Under the pieces are notes generated by a model. That model ran no database searches and was not told the DNA's origin. It saw only the letters and a list, made by a program, of their open reading frames with translations. The translations under genes and the position numbers were made by a program. From Vulcanimicrobiota bacterium (GTDB taxonomy: Bacteria > Vulcanimicrobiota > Vulcanimicrobiia > Vulcanimicrobiales > Vulcanimicrobiaceae), in assembly GCA_963714015.1 (NCBI GenBank), contig OY970223.1:3200001-3264000 (forward strand): 64,000 nt of DNA. The letters run 5' to 3'. This document shows, piece by piece, positions 23,696 to 32,752 of this stretch (position 1 is the first letter of the stretch; each line of letters begins with the position of its first letter).

Positions 23696-23747
23696 TGGAC
23701 TCGCGCACCTCTGCTCCTCCGTTCTGGGGGGCTAGGATGATGGCAAT

Positions 23748-24755
23748 ATGCGTCCTTTTCGGCTTCTTGGGGCTCTCGGTGCCCTCGTCGCTCTCTCAGC
23801 CGTCATTGCCTGCGGAGGCGGCGGCGGCACGTCGACACCTCCTGTCGGAGCTCCCTCGTCTAACCCGGGGGGGAGCCCCGGACCGGGCGGAAGCTCCAGT
23901 CCGCCCTCGTCCGGCTCGCCTTCGCCGACCTCCACACCGCGCGATACTCCGGTGCCGACGCGAACACCGATCTCGACGGCGACCCCAAGTCCCGTACCGA
24001 CCAGCACGGCGCCCCCTACACCCTATCCCTCGCCCTCGGGCACGCCCAACCCAACTCTCACCGTGACCACCGGTCATGGCGAAATCAATGGGACGGACGA
24101 TCAATTCACCGGCGGTATCGGTAAGGAAATCGGCGACGGCGACTATCCGGACGGCGGTCAAGGACCGGTCAACACCACATTCGGACCGGACAACGTGCCG
24201 TGTCTGGCGCAGATGTACGACGGACCGGTTCCACCCGGTTACCACGTTCACGCGTTCTTGGGCATCTATTACAACGGCACCGAAATTGCGATGCCGGACG
24301 GCGTCGGCATTGCCGACCCGGAAGGCGACATCACGTATCAGGGCATTCCGAATTGGACGCAGTACTCGTACGATCCCAATAACCCCGGAAAATCCGGCTG
24401 CTTCTATCAAATTCACACGCACGATCCGAGCGGTACGATTCACATTGAATCGTCGAATCCCAACAGCGTTCCGTTGACCGGCACGATATACACGCTGGGA
24501 GACGTGCTCGCGCTGTGGGGTATTCCGATTTCTTCCACGCAGTTTGGACCGTTCAGCGGCCAGATTCAAGTCTTCACCTCCGGCCAAATCCCCCGTTTCA
24601 AGCAAGGGGAGGTCGGATCCAACACGTACACGCTGTACAACGGCGACATGAGAAACATCGCGCTGTACACGCACGAAGTAATCTGGGTTCTGATTGGCAC
24701 GGGCAACCCGACGTACGCAGCGCTTCCCAACGTCGGTTTCTGGGATGAGTACTGA
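23748..24755 (+). CDS. Lipoprotein with Pro/Ser/Thr linker and His-motif domain
   Basis: Lipobox VIAC; HVHAFL...CFYQIHTHDPSGTIHIE. Confidence 0.8.
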   Translation: MRPFRLLGALGALVALSAVIACGGGGGTSTPPVGAPSSNPGGSPGPGGSSSPPSSGSPSPTSTPRDTPVPTRTPISTATPSPVPTSTAPPTPYPSPSGTPNPTLTVTTGHGEINGTDDQFTGGIGKEIGDGDYPDGGQGPVNTTFGPDNVPCLAQMYDGPVPPGYHVHAFLGIYYNGTEIAMPDGVGIADPEGDITYQGIPNWTQYSYDPNNPGKSGCFYQIHTHDPSGTIHIESSNPNSVPLTGTIYTLGDVLALWGIPISSTQFGPFSGQIQVFTSGQIPRFKQGEVGSNTYTLYNGDMRNIALYTHEVIWVLIGTGNPTYAALPNVGFWDEY

Positions 24756-24777
24756 GCCGGCAGCAATCTGACACTTA

Positions 24778-24809
24778 AAGGTTCGCTCGAAAGAGCGGGC
24801 CTTTTCTTT
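24778..24809 (+). terminator. Intrinsic terminator
   Basis: AGGTTCGCTC-GAAA-GAGCGGGCCT followed by TTTCTTT. Confidence 0.7.
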
Positions 24810-24826
24810 AACGAATACTGGAGAGG

Positions 24827-25363
24827 ATGAGACGAGCGCTCCCGCTGTGGATCGCCGCGGTGGTGCCGGCAACATTGGCTGGGCACAGCCTGGCGTATGC
24901 GCTCAACCGCCAGTCCGCTTCGGGCTCGCAGCACATGTGGATGCAACCCACGTGGGAGGCGTCGCTTTCGGTGTTGTCGGCAATCTGCGCTGTCTGCATC
25001 GGCGGCGCGCTGATTCGGGCCGGAATTCTGAGGCACAGCGCCGTGGAAGGGCGTTTCAATCTGCTGTGGCCCCGAATGGCCTTCGCCCAGGTCGTGCTTT
25101 TCGCACTAGCGGAGCATGCAGAAGGTGCGCGAGTCGGGCTATCCGCTCTCGCCGTACAAGTGCTCGTCGCCGCTTTCGCCGCCGCGCTCGTTGCTTTGTT
25201 CGCGCGTCTGCTGCGGCGCTGCATCGATGCGGCCGAAGAAGCGAGCCGGTATCTGGAACGCTTGCTGAAGTTCGGCTCTACCTTTGTGCCGCGCCGCCGC
25301 GTGCGGCCTTCATTCGCTTTGGAGATAAGCGCGGGAACCGCGCGCTTTCAACGACCGCCTCCG
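24827..25363 (+). CDS. Membrane leader protein 1 ending in RPPP (putative arrest peptide); in this sequence it reads in frame into the next gene
   Basis: GGAGAGG SD; ~4 TM segments with AGH.LAY, H.W, Q..LF...E..E; basic linker then ARFQRPPP; parallels 28611-29120. Confidence 0.7.
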
Positions 25364-25414
25364 TCCGAATCAGCTCGTTTCCGCCTTTTAGTCATCACCC
25401 AAGCTATTCGGAGG
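25364..25414 (+). promoter_or_regulatory. SD-sequestering hairpin after RPPP codons
   Basis: TCCGAAT(C)AGCT 25364-25375 pairs with AGCTATTCGGA 25402-25412, which overlaps the GGAGG at 25410-25414. Confidence 0.65.
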
Positions 25415-25420
25415 TTTTCC

Positions 25421-27193
25421 GTGTATCGCATGACGACAATGTTCGCGCGCGTGTTCGCAGGCGCAGCCCTTACCGTGATGCTGTGTACTGCGCGCGCATA
25501 CGCCGTGCCCGTCTTTGCAAACGGTCAGGGAATATCGTGTGAGACCTGCCACACGACCTTTCCCGGCATGACGCGCTACGGAATGATGGTCATGATGACG
25601 AATTTTCAGATATTGAACCGCCATCTCCAGGATCAGGCGCTTCCGATTTCGGCGCGCATATACATTCAGTCGCTTCTGGCAAACAAAGACCACCCGGGCA
25701 ATACCATGGTTTCCGATCTGTCGCTCCTGGGCGGCGGCTTTTTGGGACGCAACTTCACCTGGTACACGGAGCAGCACGTCATCGATTCCGGGGTTATCGG
25801 TCAGACGGAGCAGGTTTGGCTTTCGTGGAACGGCCTGCTGCACGGAACCAATTCGATCCAGGTCGGAAAGTTTCACACGCCGTTCCCATTCATGCCGGCG
25901 CACGCGTGGACGATCAGCCCGTATCTGCTTGCAGCGCAAACGACCGGCCAGAATGATTTCAATCCGAATGACGCGCGGTGGGGCGTTGCGTTCAACGGAA
26001 TGTCCAACGAGTTCATGTACAATCTCTCGTGGCTCACCGGAAGCGGATCGACCGGCGACGCGCTGGACTACAACCAAACGCGCAATCCACGAACAATCGA
26101 CGCAAACGTCTCCTACGGCGGCATGTCCATCCCCTGGAGCGTAGGGCTGGTCGGGATACGCGGCTGGGCGCCGCTAAGCGATACCGCAACCGGAGATTTT
26201 CTGGGCACCGATCCGTTCAGTCGCGAAGGCGTGTACTTCGGCTATCAGACCAACGCATGGCACTATCAAAGCATGTATTACCATGGATTCGACGCCAATC
26301 CGGACGTGGGCCTCGCCGACGTTCCGATGAACGGGTTTTTCTTCGAAGCCGAACGAGATTTGGGGTGGCAAAACCACATTCTGCTGCGCTATGACGTCGC
26401 ATCGAGCGATACGCTGAATCGCCAAATCGTCTTCGATCTCTCGCACAACGTGTTGCCGAACCTCGCGCTGATAGGCGAACTCGCGGGTTATCCCAACGCG
26501 CGTCCGCAGATTGCGTTTCAAATCGCATACGCAGGACCGTACCAATTCGGAAAGCGGTATCTCTCCAATCTGCACGTCGCGCCGGTGGGCGGAGAAGGCA
26601 CTTCAAACAGCGCCTCGGCAACAGCCGCACCCGCCGCAAGTTCAGCGCCCGCGGCGGAGAACTCCGCAGCACCGGGCAATGCGTCCGCCGGGGCCGCCTT
26701 GGTTCAGGCCAACGGCTGCGAAGGCTGCCATGGCGCGGCACTGAAGGGCGGCGGTGTTGGTCCGGCGCTCTACGGCGTCGAGCACAAACTTACGGCGGAT
26801 CAGATCGCGAACGCCATTCGGAACCCGAAAGCGCCGATGCCGAACTTCGGTTTCAGTCAGGCGCAGATCGCCGATCTGGTCGCGTATCTTTCGAATCTCG
26901 ACGGCGGTCAGACCGGACAGCAACCAGTAGTCACGTTCAATCCGGCGAAGCCGACGGATATCGCCACGATCTCAATTCGCTTCCCGGGAACTCCGCCGAA
27001 GTCGGTTCGCGTTCTGCCGATCATGCAGATGGGAAAAAGCACGATGCAGACGCGCGAGATAACGCTTCAGCCGTCATCGGGCGATCCGAACGTATTCACG
27101 GGACAAATCGTCTTTTCGATGGGCGGCCCGTGGACGGTGCACGTCGAGTACGACGGCAACACGATGGACGTTCCGTTGAACGTGGGACAGTGA
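25421..27193 (+). CDS. Cyc2-like cytochrome c-porin fused to a second class I cytochrome c and a YtkA/FixH-like domain
   Basis: Own SD + GTG; signal peptide ending AYA; AVPVFANGQGISCETCHTTFPGMTRYG; aromatic beta-barrel-like region (IQVGKFHTPFP); A/S/P linker; CEGCHG...GPAL...PMP; MQM...FSMGGPW. Confidence 0.75.
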   Translation: MYRMTTMFARVFAGAALTVMLCTARAYAVPVFANGQGISCETCHTTFPGMTRYGMMVMMTNFQILNRHLQDQALPISARIYIQSLLANKDHPGNTMVSDLSLLGGGFLGRNFTWYTEQHVIDSGVIGQTEQVWLSWNGLLHGTNSIQVGKFHTPFPFMPAHAWTISPYLLAAQTTGQNDFNPNDARWGVAFNGMSNEFMYNLSWLTGSGSTGDALDYNQTRNPRTIDANVSYGGMSIPWSVGLVGIRGWAPLSDTATGDFLGTDPFSREGVYFGYQTNAWHYQSMYYHGFDANPDVGLADVPMNGFFFEAERDLGWQNHILLRYDVASSDTLNRQIVFDLSHNVLPNLALIGELAGYPNARPQIAFQIAYAGPYQFGKRYLSNLHVAPVGGEGTSNSASATAAPAASSAPAAENSAAPGNASAGAALVQANGCEGCHGAALKGGGVGPALYGVEHKLTADQIANAIRNPKAPMPNFGFSQAQIADLVAYLSNLDGGQTGQQPVVTFNPAKPTDIATISIRFPGTPPKSVRVLPIMQMGKSTMQTREITLQPSSGDPNVFTGQIVFSMGGPWTVHVEYDGNTMDVPLNVGQ

Positions 27194-28614
27194 TGCGCCG
27201 ATCCGCCTTTTTGCGGATCGGTACGGGGACGATGGTTGCCGCGGCTCTTCCATCGATGTCGCGCCGCGCACTGGCGGCGGACGTTGTCGACTACAAGCTC
27301 ACCGCGTCGCCTCTGGCATTTGCGCCTGCGCCGAACATGCAGTTTCCGGGGCTGGCGTTCAATGGAACGATTCCAGGCCCCCTACTGCGCATCGTGCATG
27401 GTCAGCGCCTGCGGGCGCTCTTCATAAACAACTGCGGACAGCCGGCGACGATCCATTGGCACGGTATGATTCTTCCGAACAATATGGACGGCGTCGAAGG
27501 CGTGACGCAGGCCGCAGTTCCCGATCGGGAGACGTTTCTTTACGAATTCACGCCCGGTCCGCCCGGAACGCGCTGGTATCACGACCACGTCAGCGACGGA
27601 GTCGCCCGGGGGTTGTTCGGGCTGATCGTCGTCGAAGATCCAAAAGACGAGCCGGCCGACGCCGAATTCGCACTGGTCTTTCACGACGTGCCGAGGCTTG
27701 CCACGATTCAAGCGGCCATGATGGGCGTGAGCGCTGCACCAATGGTGGACCCCATCGGATCCCCCGAAATGACGTCGATGCAGCCCAACGACAAGATGGG
27801 CGACGAAGTGGCATACAGCGCGCACTGCATCAACGGGCAGACATATCCGAATACGCAAAAGCTTGCCGTAAAAGTCGGCCAGCGCGTGCGTCTGAGAATA
27901 TTGAACGCAAATCCGACGCAGACGCGCTATGTTCGGCTCGCCGGACATTCACTGACCGTGACGCACTGCGACGGCAACCTGATGGATCAGCCGGTTACGG
28001 TAGACGCGCTGCGCGTCGGAGTTGCAGAACGGTACGACGCGTGGTTTACCGTCACGGAACCGGGTGCGTGGCTGTTGCAAGGACTCTCCAGCGAGCCGCT
28101 CGCCTATCAGCAGGCGGCTGTCGTGCACACTCCGGGAATGGAAAACGCCCCTCCGCTTTCTTCGCCTGAGACACTCGAGGGCGTCCGGTATTTCACGTAC
28201 GAGATCGCCGGGGCCGCGCTCGGTCCGGGCACCGGTGACATGCTAGCGGCACATTCATTCGTTCTGGGCGGCGGCAAGTATGCCAGCAACAAGTGGACCA
28301 TAAACGGAAAGACCTACCCGAACACACCGAAAATTTACGTTCATCGCGGCGACCGGGTCACCGTGCACTTCAAAAACACTACCGATATGGACCATCCCAT
28401 GCATCTGCACGGTCACGTTTTTCGTTTAACCAGCGTAGATGGTAAGAGGCTGACCCGCCCGCTGCCCAAAGACACCTCGCTGGTCCGTTCCAACGGCGGA
28501 ACGGCGGAATGGGAGTTCGTGGCGGATTCACCCAAGGGACGTTGGCTGTTGCATTGCCATAACGAGATTCATATGATGGACGGGATGATGACGGAGGTAG
28601 TCTACCGCTCGTGA
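27193..28614 (+). CDS. Tat-exported multicopper oxidase
   Basis: MRRSAFL Tat motif; HWHG, WYHDH, HPMHLHGH, HCHNEIHMMDGMM copper motifs; TGATG overlap with upstream gene. Confidence 0.95.
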   Translation: MRRSAFLRIGTGTMVAAALPSMSRRALAADVVDYKLTASPLAFAPAPNMQFPGLAFNGTIPGPLLRIVHGQRLRALFINNCGQPATIHWHGMILPNNMDGVEGVTQAAVPDRETFLYEFTPGPPGTRWYHDHVSDGVARGLFGLIVVEDPKDEPADAEFALVFHDVPRLATIQAAMMGVSAAPMVDPIGSPEMTSMQPNDKMGDEVAYSAHCINGQTYPNTQKLAVKVGQRVRLRILNANPTQTRYVRLAGHSLTVTHCDGNLMDQPVTVDALRVGVAERYDAWFTVTEPGAWLLQGLSSEPLAYQQAAVVHTPGMENAPPLSSPETLEGVRYFTYEIAGAALGPGTGDMLAAHSFVLGGGKYASNKWTINGKTYPNTPKIYVHRGDRVTVHFKNTTDMDHPMHLHGHVFRLTSVDGKRLTRPLPKDTSLVRSNGGTAEWEFVADSPKGRWLLHCHNEIHMMDGMMTEVVYRS

Positions 28615-29120
28615 GGAGCCGCCTCGGCCGGAAAATCTGGACCGCAGCGCTGCTGGGATTGCCCGCAGCGTTGTTTGCGCACGTCATCGTATTCGGCGGC
28701 GAGCATACGCTCGGCGGCTCCGCACATTCGTGGCTGCTCGAGTTCGGCGGGGTCTTCGCATTCCTCGGCACGCTCGTTGCGGCGATCGGCGCCGTGCGAC
28801 GGTCGACGGCAGTCGTCCCGAAATTCGCGCCGATTCTCACAGGCGCCGCAGGCTGGTTCGGCATTATCGAGCTCTGCGAGAGCGCGCACGGTATCCCCAT
28901 TGCGGCGGTCATCGCTGCTCTCGTCTTCGCCGCGTGGATCGTCCGCGCCGTGCTTTCGGCATTCGCGCACACCGTCGCCGCTATCGCGGCAATTCTTCAA
29001 CTATACCTTAGAGCCGCCAAGCCTCCGGCACCGGCTCTAATAAAACGGGCCGTGCCGCGCGCGCATTCATGCGTGCACCGGCTGCGCTTGTTCTCTCGGC
29101 CGCCGCCTCTCTTCGCTTAA
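28611..29120 (+). CDS. Membrane leader protein 2 ending in RPPP (putative arrest peptide)
   Basis: ~4 TM segments with FAH...H......HSW and E.CE..HG; C-terminus HRLRLFSRPPPLFA*; directly upstream of the TBDR. Confidence 0.75.
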   Translation: MRSRLGRKIWTAALLGLPAALFAHVIVFGGEHTLGGSAHSWLLEFGGVFAFLGTLVAAIGAVRRSTAVVPKFAPILTGAAGWFGIIELCESAHGIPIAAVIAALVFAAWIVRAVLSAFAHTVAAIAAILQLYLRAAKPPAPALIKRAVPRAHSCVHRLRLFSRPPPLFA

Positions 29121-29192
29121 ACGCCGCGTCCACTGGGACGCCCGCGCGCAAGCTCTTGCGCGTTTCTTTCACATACAACTGCGTTTAAGGAA
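29112..29192 (+). promoter_or_regulatory. Multi-branch RNA structure sequestering the TBDR SD
   Basis: CTTAAACGC 29116-29124 is the exact reverse complement of GCGTTTAAG 29181-29189, which overlaps TAAGGA; encloses hairpins at 29126-29141 and 29145-29162, the latter followed by TTTCTTT. Confidence 0.7.
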
Positions 29193-29199
29193 AAATTTC

Positions 29200-31632
29200 A
29201 TGTCTAGAATTCTCGCGGCGCTGCTTGCCGCGTTTATCACAATCACGGCGCTGCCGGCGATGGCGGATACGATCGGTATCGTTCGCGGAACGGTCGAAGT
29301 CAACGGCAAGCCGGCGGCCGGCGTTAAAGTCACGCTCAGCGGCGAAGGCACCGTCGACCAGCGCAAGACCGACGAGGGCGGTACTTATATTTTCTCCGGC
29401 GTACAGTTCGGCAGCTATACGCTCACAGCCGACTATCCGGGCGTCGCGCCCCGTACGGTTCAACTGTCGGTTTCCTCCGATCAAGTTCTCACCGTCAACA
29501 TGGCGCTCGGCGAGCTCAAAACGATCGGAAGCGCAACCGTTACGGCTCACGCAGGCGTGAGCGGCACACCGGTCTCGGTAAACGACGTCACCAAGCAGCA
29601 GATCGCCGCTCTCCCCATCAACAACAGCCTGAATCAGCTCGTTCAGACTGTGCCCGGCGTCGTACGGTTCTCCTATAACGAGCCGGTCGCGCACGGGTTC
29701 CATGGCGTGACGTACGAAATGGACGGCGCGCCGATGCCGCTTGCGACCAGTTCGAACTTCGCCGAGATCATCGATCCCAAGAACATCGACTCTTTGGAAA
29801 TCTTCACCGGCGCGATTCCCGCCGAGTACGGCGGAAACCGCGAAGGTGCGGTCGTGAATATCATCAGCAACCGCGCGAGCGATCTGACGGCACCTTACGA
29901 GGGTTACTTCACGACCGGCGGCGGGAGCTTTGGTCAGGTGGTGAACAGCTTCGACAACGCATTCAAAACTGGCAAGACCGAGATCTTCCTGAACGCGAAC
30001 ACGCAGGTGGGCAGTCGCGGCCTGGACACGCCGACTGTCACCCCGATTCATGACGAGAACTCGCAGTCGGACGAGTTTCTGCGAACGATTACCACGTTCA
30101 ACGATCGGCAGTCGCTGGCGTTCGACGTCTCCAATCAGCTGGCGCAGTTCCAGATCCCGATGAACACGAACCCCAACGATCCGACCGACCCGCAATTCAA
30201 CGTTCCGGCTACGGACGACGTTCAGCGCGAATACGACCGCTATGCGAGTCTGAATTTCACGAGCTCGTCGAAAGACGGGAACGGCATCTTCCAGCTCATT
30301 CCTTGGGTCCGCTCCACACGCATTGCCTACGACGGCGACTTACAGAACGACGTTCTGGGCTTGACTAATCTGGGACCGTGCTCCGGTCAGAGCCCGGCGC
30401 CGTCGTTCTGCACGAGCGCCAATCCCGATGCTCCGGTTTACCAAAGCGCGATCGGGCTCAAGCAGGACCGCAAAGCCAACTACGTCGGCCTTCGCGTGTC
30501 GGACTTCCGGGCCACTTCGCACCACGCGTTCAAGGTTGGATTGGACGCGAACCGTGAAATCCTGACCGCGGACGAAACGTTCGCGTGCTACGACCCCACT
30601 TGCAATACGGTGGTACCCGGGTACCCCTTACCGCCGGCGGCTTCGTTCACGACGAACACCACGAACCAGGATCAGGCCGGGACGCAAGTGGGTCTCTATG
30701 CGCAAGACAAGTGGACGCCCTCGCAGCAGTTGTCCGTGGACTACGGACTTCGCTACGATCGCTCGACCGGTTACGTCGGCGGCGATCAATTGAGCCCACG
30801 CATCGGCGTAAACTATGCTCCCGACAGCACGAACGTCATCCATGCGTACTACGGCCGCTTCTACGCCGCACCGCAGCTCGAGGACGTCCGTCAAGCGTGC
30901 GTCGTTCTGCAAGGCTGCTCGGGAACCCCGACGTATGACCTCAAGCCGGAGACCGACTCGTATGCGGAGATCGGATTGTCGCACACGTTCTCACCGAGGC
31001 TGAGCGTCTACGTCAACCAGTGGGAACGCTACGTGAGCAACGTTTTGGATACCACGCAGCTCCTGAATACACCGCTGTTCGCCGTGTACAACAACGCGAT
31101 CGGCCGCGCGCGCGGAACCGAGGTCAGGATGCAGGCCAAGCTCCATAAGGCGGACACGTGGTTCATTTCGGGAACGTGGTCCAATTCGCTCGCGGCCGGC
31201 ATCTCGGGATCGACGTTCCTCTTCCCGCCCTCGCAGCAGACTGTTCCAGGGGTTCCGCTGATCGACCAGCTCTCGCCGGAAGATCACAGCGAAGCAGTCG
31301 CGGTGAATTCCGCCTACACGCATCGCTTCGGTTTGAATGAGGCGTATTACGCAACGATCGAGGGCGAGTACGGAACGGGGTTCCCCGTGAGCTTCGAGGG
31401 TCTCGTAAACGGCCAGCCCGTCGGATTCAGCGGCACGCTCCCGACGCACTTGACCGCAGACCTGGCTCTTGGGCGCGATCCGGGCCGCAACGGCGATCGC
31501 TCATTGGGCTACGATCTAAGCATCCAGAACCTGTTCAACGATCGGTACATCATCAAAATCGCCAACGGGTTCAACACGACGCAGTACTCGCAAGGGTTCA
31601 ACGCGCTCTTCCGCGTGACCGCGCCGCTGTAG
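29200..31632 (+). CDS. TonB-dependent receptor
   Basis: Signal peptide, carboxypeptidase-regulatory-like domain, plug (IDSLEIFTGAIPAEYG), LYAQDKW, GLRYD, LSPRIG, IQNLFN. Confidence 0.93.
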   Translation: MSRILAALLAAFITITALPAMADTIGIVRGTVEVNGKPAAGVKVTLSGEGTVDQRKTDEGGTYIFSGVQFGSYTLTADYPGVAPRTVQLSVSSDQVLTVNMALGELKTIGSATVTAHAGVSGTPVSVNDVTKQQIAALPINNSLNQLVQTVPGVVRFSYNEPVAHGFHGVTYEMDGAPMPLATSSNFAEIIDPKNIDSLEIFTGAIPAEYGGNREGAVVNIISNRASDLTAPYEGYFTTGGGSFGQVVNSFDNAFKTGKTEIFLNANTQVGSRGLDTPTVTPIHDENSQSDEFLRTITTFNDRQSLAFDVSNQLAQFQIPMNTNPNDPTDPQFNVPATDDVQREYDRYASLNFTSSSKDGNGIFQLIPWVRSTRIAYDGDLQNDVLGLTNLGPCSGQSPAPSFCTSANPDAPVYQSAIGLKQDRKANYVGLRVSDFRATSHHAFKVGLDANREILTADETFACYDPTCNTVVPGYPLPPAASFTTNTTNQDQAGTQVGLYAQDKWTPSQQLSVDYGLRYDRSTGYVGGDQLSPRIGVNYAPDSTNVIHAYYGRFYAAPQLEDVRQACVVLQGCSGTPTYDLKPETDSYAEIGLSHTFSPRLSVYVNQWERYVSNVLDTTQLLNTPLFAVYNNAIGRARGTEVRMQAKLHKADTWFISGTWSNSLAAGISGSTFLFPPSQQTVPGVPLIDQLSPEDHSEAVAVNSAYTHRFGLNEAYYATIEGEYGTGFPVSFEGLVNGQPVGFSGTLPTHLTADLALGRDPGRNGDRSLGYDLSIQNLFNDRYIIKIANGFNTTQYSQGFNALFRVTAPL

Positions 31633-31708
31633 GAAGCCCTAAACCTGCGGGAGCCGCGGCGAGGAAGGAATGTCCAGCCGCGGCTCCTGAACGTAGCGCC
31701 CCGATACA

Positions 31709-32725
31709 ATGCACGATCTCAATCGCGGCCGCATCGTCGTAACCGGTGGGGCGGGCCTCATCGGCAGCGCTCTCATTTGGGCCTTGAATCTCCGAGGGGT
31801 GGACGACATCTTGGTCGTCGACCGCCTCGACGCATCGGAAAAATGGAAGAACCTCGTTCCGCTCCGCTATCGCGATTATATGGACGCGGACACTTTCGAA
31901 CGCCTGGCGCTCGAGCGGTCGCCCGAACTTGCCGGCGTTCGGGCGCTCTTCCATTTGGGTGCGTGTTCGAGCACTACTGAGACCGACGCGGCCTACCTGA
32001 TGCGCAACAACTACGAATACACCAAGCACTTGGCGCACTGGAGCGTCGATGCGGGCGCGCGCTTCATCTATGCGTCCTCGGCGGCGACGTACGGCGCGCG
32101 CGAACGCGATCTGCGCGACGATGCAGACTTGGACACACTGCGCCCGCTGAACATGTATGCGTATTCGAAGCACCGCTTCGATCTCTACGCGCGCGATCGC
32201 GGGTTGCTCGATCGCATCACCGGAATCAAATACTTCAACATCTTCGGCCCGAACGAGCACCACAAGGGCGACATGCGAAGCCTGGTCGACAAGGCGTTTC
32301 ATCAAATTCGCGAATCGGGCGGCATCCGGCTATTCAAGAGTCACCGGGAAGAGTACCGCCACGGCGAGCAGCAACGCGATTTTTTGTACGTCAAAGACGC
32401 GGTCGCAATGACGATCCATCTGGCGCAGACCGACGCGTTCGGCTTGTATAACGTCGGCGCAGGCATGCCGCATACGTGGCTCGATCTGGTGCAGCCGATC
32501 TTCCGCGCGATGAACGTACCCGAGCGGATCGAGTTCATCGACATGCCGCCCACCCTGCGCGACAAATATCAATATTGCACCTGCGCTGCGATGGAACGTC
32601 TGCGCGCGACGGGCTACGACGAGCCCGTAACGCCGCTTGCGGACGCGGTCGACGACTACGTTCGCAACTATCTCATGCCGGGTCTACGGCTCGATCCGGG
32701 CCCTGCATTGAGCCGCAGGCTTTAA
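31709..32725 (+). CDS. hldD: ADP-L-glycero-D-manno-heptose 6-epimerase
   Basis: VTGGAGLIGS, HLGACSSTTE, YASSAATYG, PLNMYAYSK, YFNIFGPNE.HKG.M, RDFLYVKD. Confidence 0.93.
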   Translation: MHDLNRGRIVVTGGAGLIGSALIWALNLRGVDDILVVDRLDASEKWKNLVPLRYRDYMDADTFERLALERSPELAGVRALFHLGACSSTTETDAAYLMRNNYEYTKHLAHWSVDAGARFIYASSAATYGARERDLRDDADLDTLRPLNMYAYSKHRFDLYARDRGLLDRITGIKYFNIFGPNEHHKGDMRSLVDKAFHQIRESGGIRLFKSHREEYRHGEQQRDFLYVKDAVAMTIHLAQTDAFGLYNVGAGMPHTWLDLVQPIFRAMNVPERIEFIDMPPTLRDKYQYCTCAAMERLRATGYDEPVTPLADAVDDYVRNYLMPGLRLDPGPALSRRL

Positions 32726-32752
32726 AGCGAACGGCAGTCAACTAACGGGCGA

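Noticed and set aside
24786..24797. GCTCGAAAGAGC identical to the tRNA-Leu variable arm
   Set aside because: Common GAAA tetraloop hairpin within a terminator; likely coincidence.
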